The notes beneath the pieces are model-generated. The model was not told the DNA's origin, ran no database searches, and worked only from the letters and a program-made list of their open reading frames with translations. This document shows positions 18,196-27,290 of a stretch of 64,000 nucleotides of DNA, one piece after another (the stretch's first letter is position 1; every line of letters begins with the position of its first letter). The stretch covers positions 42-64,041 of the forward strand of contig CAZPQJ010000003.1 in the NCBI GenBank assembly GCA_964588955.1, in the 5' to 3' direction. The translations under genes were made by a program, and so were the position numbers. The stretch comes from an uncultured Gammaproteobacteria bacterium (GTDB lineage: Bacteria; Patescibacteriota; Patescibacteriia; UBA9934; CAMTUG01).

Positions 18196-18196
18196 G

Positions 18197-19810
18197 TTAA
18201 TAGCCAAGATGTTTGAGTGCTGCTTCCGTACGGTGAAAGACGAGCTGCTGTTTTTCTAACAACCGAAATCCCTTACTCTCCTCCAGATGTTTTTGTATGA
18301 ACGGGCTCACGCTGGAAATAAGAACATCTTTGCCCTGGGCGTGTATTCCCTCAATGATTTCATCTAAGATGTCCACGCCGTCGAGATCAATAAAGTAAAG
18401 CTCCCGTAAACGTAGGACGATATGTTTGTAGCCGTTTAATTTAGAAAGGCGTTCCAAATGCGCGCGGCCGTTGATAAAGGCGAGCTGACCTTTGATGGAA
18501 TAGACAAGCGTTTGAGCGTGTTCCGGAATGTTCGTGATGTCATCACTGGTAGCCTTTTTGAAGTCCTTTCGCTCAGCGTCGTTGATGATGAGATCAAACT
18601 GACCGTGAGATAGACGTTCAATAAAGATCATGAGCGTAATGGCGGTACCGAACAATATTCCGACGATTGGGTCAAGATAAACCGTTACCAACGCCACTAA
18701 AAGTGAGATGCCAAAGGAAAGTTTGTCGCGGCGGAACATGCGCACAAAATGTTCTCCCTCAACCATGCGTATTGCTACAAATACCAGGATGGCGGCAATG
18801 ACCGCCAGGGGAATGTAGGAGAACGAACGAAGAAAAACGAGAGAGATAAGGGCGATGCAGACACTGCTGATTCCGGCTGACACGCGGTGGTCGGCTCCGC
18901 TTTTAATGTTAAGCGACGTGCGTGCCAGCGCCGCGGTGGCCGGAATACCCCCCATAAGGCCAACGGCGATGTTCGCCAGAGCCAGGCCGCGCATTTCTTT
19001 GCGTTCATCGTGTTTGGTTTTGGTCATACCGTCGGCAATTTTCGCCGAAAGCATTGTTTCTAAAATCGCGACAACGGCGACGGTAAATCCTCCAATCAGT
19101 AATTGCTCATCCCACTGCCAGTGCGGAGGAATAAAGAGGACGGCATGGAGGTTAGAAAACTTTTGCCCCAGAGTCTGTATGGTAAGGGGAATCGTGCCGT
19201 TGGCGGTGAGGTATCCGAACAGAATACCAATTGGCGCGAGCAAAACAGCTCCCGGGATTTTTGGTACAAGACGCTGAAGAATGAAAAGTCCCACTAAAAA
19301 GAAAAGAAAAACAACAAACGTTGTCCATGATCCGGAACCGAGGTGTCGCAATGACTCTAAAAGATTTTCAACGAAGCGTTCGTGGGTGGCCAGTCCAGAT
19401 ATTCCCGTAGCAAAGTTTAATTGCCCTAAAGCGATGATAATCGCCACGCCAAGGGTAAAGCCATGCATCGCGCTTGCCGGAACAAATACCAAAAAGCGTT
19501 GCAGGTTGCCAAGGTAGGCGAGCAAGATAAATCCTCCAGCCACAATCGCAAGAAGGGCAAGGCTTGATTGGCCGTGGGCGATGGCATAGGTGGCTAGCAC
19601 ACCGGAAAGCGCGCCCGTTGGCCCAACAATATTAAAGTTGCTTCCGCCAAATAGGGCAGCGATAAGTCCTGCCCAAATGGCCGTCAAAATGCCGATCGTT
19701 GGGGTAGATTGAGAGGCGACGGCAAGGGAAACGGAAAGGGGAATGGAAACAAGGGAAACGGTCAATCCGGACTTCCAGTTTTGGCGTACGCGTGTGAAGA
19801 TGGTGTGCAT
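18197..19810 (-). CDS. SulP-family anion transporter with a C-terminal STAS domain.
   Basis: Typical SulP N-terminus (LTVSLVSIPLSVSLAVASQ...FGGSNFNIVGPTGALS) and a STAS-like C-terminus. Confidence 0.85.
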   Translation of the reverse strand: MHTIFTRVRQNWKSGLTVSLVSIPLSVSLAVASQSTPTIGILTAIWAGLIAALFGGSNFNIVGPTGALSGVLATYAIAHGQSSLALLAIVAGGFILLAYLGNLQRFLVFVPASAMHGFTLGVAIIIALGQLNFATGISGLATHERFVENLLESLRHLGSGSWTTFVVFLFFLVGLFILQRLVPKIPGAVLLAPIGILFGYLTANGTIPLTIQTLGQKFSNLHAVLFIPPHWQWDEQLLIGGFTVAVVAILETMLSAKIADGMTKTKHDERKEMRGLALANIAVGLMGGIPATAALARTSLNIKSGADHRVSAGISSVCIALISLVFLRSFSYIPLAVIAAILVFVAIRMVEGEHFVRMFRRDKLSFGISLLVALVTVYLDPIVGILFGTAITLMIFIERLSHGQFDLIINDAERKDFKKATSDDITNIPEHAQTLVYSIKGQLAFINGRAHLERLSKLNGYKHIVLRLRELYFIDLDGVDILDEIIEGIHAQGKDVLISSVSPFIQKHLEESKGFRLLEKQQLVFHRTEAALKHLGY

Positions 19811-19964
19811 ACAACTCGCTTAACTCGTAAAAACGTCGGTAGTGTACTCCTGGTTTTGCGGATGATCAAGAGAATGCGAAATGCTAGTCGTTTTTGTTAG
19901 CAACACAATGCGGTTTGACGTAGGTTCATTATTTCTGTTACAAGATGGTGAGCTTGGAGTGTCC

Positions 19965-20435
19965 ATGTCTGTTCGAGAAGGTTCTGTGCTGGCCATCTGC
20001 GTTGCAACGGGTGCTGGCAGGCCGATGATCTCTGTGAACGAAGTCAAGGCTATCGCTGGGGCGGGACTGGAGGGCGACCGTTACTGCGTCGGTAAGGGGA
20101 GCTTCAACAAGGGCGAGGTGGGTCGTCGACAGGTAACGTTCATGAATGGGTCCTTCATCGGCGGAAGTGGGTACATCTTCGGACAGACGCGTCGCAACAT
20201 CTGCGTCGGCGACGTCGAACTGATGCGCTGCATCGGCCACGAGTTCTACGTCGGAACGGTATTGTTTCGGGGTACCAAGTACTGCGAGCCGTGTTCGCGT
20301 CCCGGAACCTTGCTCCGCCTTCCCGTCGCGTTCGATGAAGCCTTTCACGACACCGGCGGCTTGGTCGCCGAAGTGCTCACGACGGGGATCATTCGCGTCT
20401 TCGACAAGGTGTACCCGCCGTCCAGGAGCTACTGA
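19965..20435 (+). CDS. MOSC-domain protein.
   Basis: GLEGDRY ... RRQVTFMN ... conserved Cys (YCEPCSRPG), typical of the MOSC beta-barrel. Confidence 0.65.
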   Translation: MSVREGSVLAICVATGAGRPMISVNEVKAIAGAGLEGDRYCVGKGSFNKGEVGRRQVTFMNGSFIGGSGYIFGQTRRNICVGDVELMRCIGHEFYVGTVLFRGTKYCEPCSRPGTLLRLPVAFDEAFHDTGGLVAEVLTTGIIRVFDKVYPPSRSY

Positions 20436-20558
20436 CCAACGTGTCTCGTTAGCATTCTCTTCTCGCCCCGCGCGGCATGAACACACAGTTCTGCCGCGCT
20501 TCGTCTTTTCTGTCCAAGCCTCAGTAAAACTGCTAAACTGAAATGACAAAATACTTCT

Positions 20559-21617
20559 ATGCAAATGAATAAACAGAACTGGTTGGCCGGTTTAGGAATC
20601 ATAGCTGTGTGCGCGCTTGGGGTTGCGGGTGGGTATGTGGCGTATCAAACACAGATGCCGACGACGATAATTGAAGACAACGCCACAGAAAACACCACGC
20701 CGACGACGGCAGTCAATCAACAAACCGCTAGCAAATTGTGCGGTGATGGGATGTGTGATGCTATCGAAAGCGCGCGTGGAATTTGTCCAAAAGACTGCAC
20801 AACGAAGGATGCCGCCTCGGGCTTTACCAACGGAACGGAAGCGAACACTTATTACGTTGTCAATCCCACGTCGGGGAGCAAGCTGTACGCCTGGGTGATG
20901 TATCCAAGCAGCAAAGAAGGGGACACGAGTTTGCCGCCGATTGTCCTTATCCCCGGATCGACAGAAACCAGTGACGGTTTTACGGCGGGGGAGCGAAAAG
21001 ACGCCCAGCCAATCGCTGACGCGGGTTTCGCCGTGTATGCCTTTGATCCTGAAGGGCGCGGCAAGAGCGAGGGGGAGGAAGACAATAATGGATCTATCGG
21101 CCAAGATGGTTTGGGCGAGATCATCAATTTTGCCTCCGCCCAGCAATCGCAACAAGCTGTCGGCGTGATCAGTTTCTCTTATGGCGTGACCATGGCTACA
21201 GGCGCCTTGGCACGACATCAAGATTTACCCGTAGCATTTCTCATCGATTGGGAAGGGCCGGCGGATCGTAACGACACTGGCGGTTGTGACGCCGATGACA
21301 CGGGGCACATGAAAGATGTGGGCTGTACTAACGAAGCATTTTGGAAAGAACGCGAGGCGATCAACTTTGTGGATCAGCTCACTGTGCCGTATTTGCGCGT
21401 TCAGTCACAAAAGGACCACTCGCAGCCAGACACCCTTTCTGCCGTACGTATGGTCAATGCCGCCGTGGCTGGAACCAGCCCGTGGGTACGATTGAACGAT
21501 GGCAAGGTCGACGCTACCTACAGCGAATCCGCTCCGCCGACCATGCTACCGGAAACATTTGATCGGGTCGTTATGAAACGTCTCGGTGCCTACGCTCAAG
21601 AGATGTTCGCTCTTTAG
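20559..21617 (+). CDS. Secreted alpha/beta hydrolase.
   Basis: Signal anchor plus a GxSxG-like nucleophile elbow (ISFSYGVT). Confidence 0.55.
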   Translation: MQMNKQNWLAGLGIIAVCALGVAGGYVAYQTQMPTTIIEDNATENTTPTTAVNQQTASKLCGDGMCDAIESARGICPKDCTTKDAASGFTNGTEANTYYVVNPTSGSKLYAWVMYPSSKEGDTSLPPIVLIPGSTETSDGFTAGERKDAQPIADAGFAVYAFDPEGRGKSEGEEDNNGSIGQDGLGEIINFASAQQSQQAVGVISFSYGVTMATGALARHQDLPVAFLIDWEGPADRNDTGGCDADDTGHMKDVGCTNEAFWKEREAINFVDQLTVPYLRVQSQKDHSQPDTLSAVRMVNAAVAGTSPWVRLNDGKVDATYSESAPPTMLPETFDRVVMKRLGAYAQEMFAL

Positions 21618-22708
21618 TGAAGCGAAGGAGGATTATGGTTTTTCACCGCTTACGGGAAAGTAAAACATTTAAACGCGTGACGGCTTGGACCAAGCGCCAT
21701 GAGCGGCTGTGGATTCCGCTCATGCTCGTGGGTGGACTCTCTGCCGACGTCATTCAGTTTAGCGCACTCAACATTGAGGAAAAGTTCGCCATCATGGGGT
21801 TGTATTTGGTGGTGTCCACCGGCACACTGCTCTTAATGTTCTACCCCAAAGCAGGGGAGACGCGCGGATTGCGCAGTTTGCGTTTGGCCTCGCCGTTCGC
21901 ACATCAATTCGCCGTTGGTGGTTTGCTCTCCACCTCGTTATTGTTTTATTGGTTTAGCGGAGACATTTCCGTAAGTTGGCCAATCATTTTGTTGGTAGTA
22001 GTGTTCATGCTTTCCAACGAATTTTTTCGTAAGCACTTTTTGCGTCCTACGGCGCAGGTTGGTGTGCTCATGTTTTCGTTGTTCTCGCTCACTGCCGTGT
22101 TATTTTCGTTTGTTTTCAACTCGCTTGATCCGCTGGTGTTTTTCTCCGCTGGTCTAGCTAGCTTAGTGTTCATGGCGGTCTTTACGATGGCGTTTGCGCG
22201 TGTTGGTCAACTTGCCCACCGACGCAAGCTCATGTTCTCCACAATCCTTGTTGTTTTTGGACTCATGAACGCGGCTTACTTTTTGAACATCATTCCTCCG
22301 ATCCCACTTTCTATTCGTTCTGCCGGTGTCTATCACACCGTGGTGCGTAACGGTCAAACGTACGATTTGAGCGGGGAACCAGAAACCTGGTGGCAAAAAC
22401 TTCTTCCCGGCCAAACGATCCATGTTCGTCCGACAGAATCGCTCTATGCCTACAGCGCCATTTTTGCTCCCGCGGATTTGTCCACGACGATCGTTCACGA
22501 GTGGCAGTATTACGATGCCTCGACTAAGGACTGGAAGACGGCAGCAGTGCTGTCGTTCTCCATCAGCGGTGGTCGAGACGACGGCTATCGCGGGTACAGC
22601 AAAAAGTCGCACCTCACTCCCGGCAAATGGCGGGTCAACGTAAAAACCACCCGCGGGCAAGTGCTGGGTCGTATTCCGTTTACGGTTGTAACACAAGAGG
22701 TGCTATAA
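21617..22708 (+). CDS. Hypothetical polytopic membrane protein with a C-terminal soluble domain.
   Basis: ORF with 6-7 TM segments. Confidence 0.45.
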   Translation: MKRRRIMVFHRLRESKTFKRVTAWTKRHERLWIPLMLVGGLSADVIQFSALNIEEKFAIMGLYLVVSTGTLLLMFYPKAGETRGLRSLRLASPFAHQFAVGGLLSTSLLFYWFSGDISVSWPIILLVVVFMLSNEFFRKHFLRPTAQVGVLMFSLFSLTAVLFSFVFNSLDPLVFFSAGLASLVFMAVFTMAFARVGQLAHRRKLMFSTILVVFGLMNAAYFLNIIPPIPLSIRSAGVYHTVVRNGQTYDLSGEPETWWQKLLPGQTIHVRPTESLYAYSAIFAPADLSTTIVHEWQYYDASTKDWKTAAVLSFSISGGRDDGYRGYSKKSHLTPGKWRVNVKTTRGQVLGRIPFTVVTQEVL

Positions 22709-23233
22709 TTGATTTCTATGATCGTTGGATTATTACATCGCCGCGGAGTGAGAATGTTTGTCGGTCTTTTGCTGTTCGCCTGCGTGTTCCTTGCCGGGTA
22801 CGCGATTGGTGCGGGCAAGGTGTCTGTTCCTCAAGTTGTGTCCAATGATCCTCTCGTCGAGATTGCTTATTCCGGAGGATGGATCGATGATCCTGGCAGC
22901 GCGGTCGGCTTTGTCCGTTTGTATCCAGACGGCACGCTGTCTACGATTACTCGTGCTGGAGATGTGAAATCCACCACCACGGTCGATCGAGCCAACGTCC
23001 TCCTTCTCCAACAGCAACTCGACGATCTTGATCCGCAGTCGGCCTTTACCAAAAAAGATCGAAGAATGTGTAGTAGCTTTACCGACGGTGTCGACACGGA
23101 GATGCGTTTGAGAACGTCAGACGGCCAGGAATCCTCTTATTCCGATTGTGACTATACGTTCAACGTTGATGATCCGTTTATCCATTCGGTGTACCGCATT
23201 GTTCTCGGGTTTACGTTTGAGACTGCAGACTAG
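22709..23233 (+). CDS. Hypothetical membrane-anchored protein.
   Basis: ORF with an N-terminal TM. Confidence 0.4.
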   Translation: MISMIVGLLHRRGVRMFVGLLLFACVFLAGYAIGAGKVSVPQVVSNDPLVEIAYSGGWIDDPGSAVGFVRLYPDGTLSTITRAGDVKSTTTVDRANVLLLQQQLDDLDPQSAFTKKDRRMCSSFTDGVDTEMRLRTSDGQESSYSDCDYTFNVDDPFIHSVYRIVLGFTFETAD

Positions 23234-23249
23234 TTTCTAAGTTTATCCT

Positions 23250-23879
23250 ATGTGCTTCTCCGCCACCGCCAGTTTTGCCGCCGCCGGAACGCTGTCGATC
23301 GCTGGCATTGTCGCGATGAAATACGCGGGCAAGTCGAGCAAGCGCTGGTACGCCGCCATTCCGCTGTTATTTGGCATTCAGCAGGCGATTGAGGGCATCG
23401 AGTGGTTGCTGGTAAAACCAAGCCCAACCTGTAACGCCTTCGGCTACGGGTTTTTATTTTTCGCCTTTTTGTTGTGGCCTGTTTATATTCCCTTTGCTGT
23501 TTGGATGATGGAGACGGTGGCTTCGCGCAAGCGGTTGTTCAAAGGAATCACGATTTTAGGAGCTGTTAGCAGTTTCGTTTTACTCGGTGCCTATCTTACC
23601 TACCCGTTGACCGTAAATGTGCTTGGCCATCGCTTGGATTACGCCATCGCTGTTCCTTGGCAAGCGGTGGGTGTACCGATATATGTGTTTTGTGTTTGTT
23701 CGGGAGTTTTTTCTTCACGGCGATATGTTCGGATGCTTGGTTGGTTAGTATTGGCAGGGTTTGTATTAACGATGTTTGCGTATCGGTACGCCTTTACATC
23801 CGTGTGGTGTTTTTTCGCTGCGTGGATAAGTATGCTCGTGGTTTTTGATATTTATAACGACAAAAAGATAAAAGCATAG
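23250..23879 (+). CDS. Hypothetical polytopic membrane protein.
   Basis: ORF with 6 TM segments. Confidence 0.4.
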   Translation: MCFSATASFAAAGTLSIAGIVAMKYAGKSSKRWYAAIPLLFGIQQAIEGIEWLLVKPSPTCNAFGYGFLFFAFLLWPVYIPFAVWMMETVASRKRLFKGITILGAVSSFVLLGAYLTYPLTVNVLGHRLDYAIAVPWQAVGVPIYVFCVCSGVFSSRRYVRMLGWLVLAGFVLTMFAYRYAFTSVWCFFAAWISMLVVFDIYNDKKIKA

Positions 23880-23942
23880 CCGCCCCGAGTGAGGAGCGGC
23901 CGAATCGACGCGGTGAGGATCTGGGACTGTAAGCGTTGGTTA

Positions 23943-24566
23943 TTAGCGAGCACGCGAAAGCCAGTCGTTGCGGCGGAGGATCTCGCCGTTAGCGTTGGCG
24001 AAGATCGGTCCATAGTCTGATCGGCCGGTGCGACACGTCCACATGGTTTCATCCGGATCGTGAATGAAACCCAGCAGTGTTTTCACCGCTTGCTGCCGAC
24101 GTCGTTCGCGCAACAGCCAGTAGAAGAGACCGTTGCAGACGAACGGTCCGGCGCAGCCGCTCTCCATGATGCCGAGTGTTTCTCCCGGCAAATGGAGAGA
24201 TTCAAGAAGCGTCTGCGTCATCCAGCGATGCTCCCAGCGGAGATCGTGACAGACGAGCGTTTCTTCGTCCGTGCCGACGAGCTTGGTGGACGGCAGGTTC
24301 CCATCCACATCCTTGAAAGTTCCCCCGCGGCGAGCCATCCGTTCCACGCCGATGAAGTGATGGTAGCCCTCGCCGAGGCCGAGGATGTGTCCGTACCTCC
24401 CGATGTCGATCTCGAGGCTCTCAAGCGCGTCCCAACGGACGGACAGGACGCGATGTTCCCACCCGAGTTCTTCCGCGAGGATGGTTCCGATGGTGGTGCT
24501 TCCGTTTGTGAAGTTTCCCCCAAACGGTTCGAAGGTGATGACTAGATTCGGCTTCGCTTTCTTCAT
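23943..24566 (-). CDS. pcp: Pyroglutamyl-peptidase I (peptidase C15).
   Basis: LVITFEPFGG; catalytic-Glu context IGVERMARR; Cys motif AGPFVCNGLFY; His context GFIHDP. All match the PCP-I signatures. Confidence 0.85.
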   Translation of the reverse strand: MKKAKPNLVITFEPFGGNFTNGSTTIGTILAEELGWEHRVLSVRWDALESLEIDIGRYGHILGLGEGYHHFIGVERMARRGGTFKDVDGNLPSTKLVGTDEETLVCHDLRWEHRWMTQTLLESLHLPGETLGIMESGCAGPFVCNGLFYWLLRERRRQQAVKTLLGFIHDPDETMWTCRTGRSDYGPIFANANGEILRRNDWLSRAR

Positions 24567-24686
24567 GAGACTGCTCCTAGGTCGAGCGGAATTGAAACAG
24601 ATTTTTCTTTGTTTGTCAATCCGCATTGTGTTTGTTTGTAATTGATGAAATACTATTTGTAGCCGCTTATTCACTAAACGTGTTTT

Positions 24687-25166
24687 ATGCAAAAGATTGT
24701 CAGTTTGTTGTTCGTCTCGGCGTTGTTCCTTGCCGGTGCGGGATGCGTGAGTGGAGTGAATACAACGCTTAATACGTCCGCGGATGTAAATACAGACGCA
24801 CAGACAGGCGCGGGTTCAACCGACGCAAATTCTGCGGCCAACACGGGCGCCAGCGCGGGAGCCAATGTTTCCGGCTCTGCCGACATTAAGGTACCTGTCC
24901 CAACCCCGGCGGTAACGATTGGTAACGCAGTGAGTATTAAGGGCTACGCTTTCGATGTGGCCACTCTCTCCACTACGGCAGGCATGACGGTTGTTTGGAC
25001 CAACAACGACTCCGTCGCCCATTCAGTCACGGCCGTGGATGACTCCTTCGACAGCGGTTTGATCTCTGCTGGTCAAACCTATAGTCACACCTTTAGTAAA
25101 GCCGGGACGTTCGCCTATTACTGCAAATACCACCCGTCGATGAAGGGGGTGGTGGTAGTGAAATAG
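24687..25166 (+). CDS. Cupredoxin (plastocyanin/azurin-like blue copper) lipoprotein.
   Basis: Lipobox LAGAGC. C-terminal type-1 Cu ligands are present: H in AHSV, then YYCKYHPSMKG supplying C, H and M. Confidence 0.7.
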   Translation: MQKIVSLLFVSALFLAGAGCVSGVNTTLNTSADVNTDAQTGAGSTDANSAANTGASAGANVSGSADIKVPVPTPAVTIGNAVSIKGYAFDVATLSTTAGMTVVWTNNDSVAHSVTAVDDSFDSGLISAGQTYSHTFSKAGTFAYYCKYHPSMKGVVVVK

Positions 25167-25175
25167 TCATTCGCT

Positions 25176-26564
25176 ATGGCCAAGAGACCGCTGCCATCCT
25201 TTGCCCTGCCGCTCGCTGTAATGCTGGCGGCGGGGCTTTGCGTTGGCGTGGCATCATTGACGTGGGGCGTACTTTCGTTAACAGAGCATCGTGAGATTTC
25301 ACTAACGGGCGCGGCATCTGACGAAGTCGCTGAAGCCGGTACGACCGTTGAAACGCGTCTAGAAACAGACGAGGTCGGATCTGTCCTTGTGCAAGTCACG
25401 TTGCCAACGCGGCCGCGTTTTGCCGAAGGAGCGCCGGTGGTCGTAACCGTGCCGACGTTTTTTACGCCAGATGTGGAAGGTTTTCATCCACTGCAAGGAT
25501 TGGATGATGCGGGCATTATTTCGTTAACCCTTATGTATCCAGGGCGATCGGACGGTGCGGGGCAGGCGAGTGATGGGGAAGATGATTTCGGCGGAGCAGA
25601 TTCTCTCAAAGCTCTCCGCGACGTGATTATGTTTGCTCTTGGGAAAAAGACCAATACTAATGGAAAAACTTTGGCTGAACTTTCCGCCGTGCCACCACTC
25701 TACTCCGACGTCGGCTTGTACGCCTTTTCGCATCCAGGCATTGCCGCTACGGCTGTGCTCGCGACCTATGCGGATGATTTACAAGGAGTGAAGTTTTTTG
25801 TGGGCAGAGAAAATCCTACTCTCGATTTACTCTCTACCATGGAACTTGGGCATTGGGAGTCTGTGGCGGGGAAGAAGGTGGCTATGAATAATGCGCTTTA
25901 TCGTTATTCAGAAGATTATCATTCGACCTCCATTGATTTGGATTATCGATCGGTGCAATTTGATGCCAAGCAGGAGGTGCCGTTTTTTGATCTGAACGGT
26001 AACAAGAAAATTGATGACAGCGAGTATGTCTTGGGTAAAGAAGTGCCACGCATGTTTGGGAAGCGCTTTTATTCTCGGGCGTTGCTGCACGCGCTCGAAG
26101 ATAATGGTGCGCTCACGGCAAACACCTGGCCGAAGGATTTAGCTACGCCGCAAGAGGCGGATGCGATTTGGCCGAGTCGAGAATCAGTTGGATATTATTC
26201 GGCGTTATCGGCGTTAGATGATTTGTATGTAATGCTCGTATTCGCGCAAAGTGATCACGTGCAAACGCTTAAAGACAAGCCGCACGTGCACCAAGCGTTT
26301 GATGGTTTTACTTCTGTTGGACGCTGGGTGCGTTTGAATCCAGATAAGAGTTATGTATTGGCGGTGGATGCTAAGACTGGGGCTCAGTATGTGGAGCATC
26401 CAGCCAATGTGCAACCAAACGACTGGCTCTTGTTAGATGATTGGGCCTTTGTAAACGCCGGCGCGTCGAGTCAAACCGTGCCGTTGGCGGCCGTTCTTGA
26501 AATGGCGGATCGTGCTTACGCTAATCAATGGTCGGATGACTTGGAAGAAATCATTGGCCGATAA
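25176..26564 (+). CDS. Hypothetical secreted protein.
   Basis: Signal peptide on a 462-aa ORF. Confidence 0.45.
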   Translation: MAKRPLPSFALPLAVMLAAGLCVGVASLTWGVLSLTEHREISLTGAASDEVAEAGTTVETRLETDEVGSVLVQVTLPTRPRFAEGAPVVVTVPTFFTPDVEGFHPLQGLDDAGIISLTLMYPGRSDGAGQASDGEDDFGGADSLKALRDVIMFALGKKTNTNGKTLAELSAVPPLYSDVGLYAFSHPGIAATAVLATYADDLQGVKFFVGRENPTLDLLSTMELGHWESVAGKKVAMNNALYRYSEDYHSTSIDLDYRSVQFDAKQEVPFFDLNGNKKIDDSEYVLGKEVPRMFGKRFYSRALLHALEDNGALTANTWPKDLATPQEADAIWPSRESVGYYSALSALDDLYVMLVFAQSDHVQTLKDKPHVHQAFDGFTSVGRWVRLNPDKSYVLAVDAKTGAQYVEHPANVQPNDWLLLDDWAFVNAGASSQTVPLAAVLEMADRAYANQWSDDLEEIIGR

Positions 26565-26660
26565 ATTAGATAGAATCGTTTGTTAAACAACTTTTTCTCC
26601 TTCTTTCTCCTATTTTCTCTGTTTCTTTGCTAACCCGTTCTTGTTTGGGGGGTAGAGATA

Positions 26661-26678
26661 GTTGAGACCGGTCTCAAC
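26661..26678. promoter_or_regulatory. Perfect 18-bp palindrome (GTTGAGACC/GGTCTCAAC), a candidate operator upstream of the Met/His-rich secreted protein gene.
   Basis: Perfect dyad symmetry 25 nt upstream of the ATG at 26703. Confidence 0.35.
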
Positions 26679-26702
26679 CGTGCTTAACTCCTAACGATAC
26701 TT

Positions 26703-27215
26703 ATGAAGCAAATGAAGTATGCCCGTCGCGTGATTGCTGCCGCGGCGTTGATTGCCGCGCTCGGTGTGGGGGCGTTTGGAATCAATGCCACGCTTGCCGC
26801 AAGTAATGGAGAAAGCGATCGCACAACGCTTGTAGAAGCCATTGCTGAGAAGTTTAACGTCAATGTTTCCGATGTCCAGGCGGTATTCGATGAACATCAT
26901 GCTCAAATGCGAGCCGATTTTGAGACTCGAGAAGCAGACCGCTTGGCGCAAGCGGTAGAAGAGGGAAAAATCACCCAAGAACAAGCGGATCTGATTACAG
27001 ATAAGCGCGCGGAGATCGCCTCCTTCCGTGCTTCACTTAAAGACATGACTCCTGAAGAGCGTCGGGCAGCCTTGAAAGACGAAAAGGCAGAAATTAAAGC
27101 CTGGGCAGAAGAAAATGACATCCCGTTGAACGTTTTTCTTCCAGAATCATTCGGTATGCGTGGAAACATGCATGGAAAGGGAATGATGGGACACGGCATG
27201 ATGGGAAATCGCTAG
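26703..27215 (+). CDS. Secreted protein with a Met/His-rich C-terminus and possible metal (Cu) binding.
   Basis: Signal peptide; the C-terminus reads MRGNMHGKGMMGHGMMGNR. Confidence 0.45.
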   Translation: MKQMKYARRVIAAAALIAALGVGAFGINATLAASNGESDRTTLVEAIAEKFNVNVSDVQAVFDEHHAQMRADFETREADRLAQAVEEGKITQEQADLITDKRAEIASFRASLKDMTPEERRAALKDEKAEIKAWAEENDIPLNVFLPESFGMRGNMHGKGMMGHGMMGNR

Positions 27216-27290
27216 CCTTAATTTTGAACACAAACCCGCGCAACAAAAGCGCGGTTTTGTGTTATACTAAGGCGATCAAAATATCATTCT

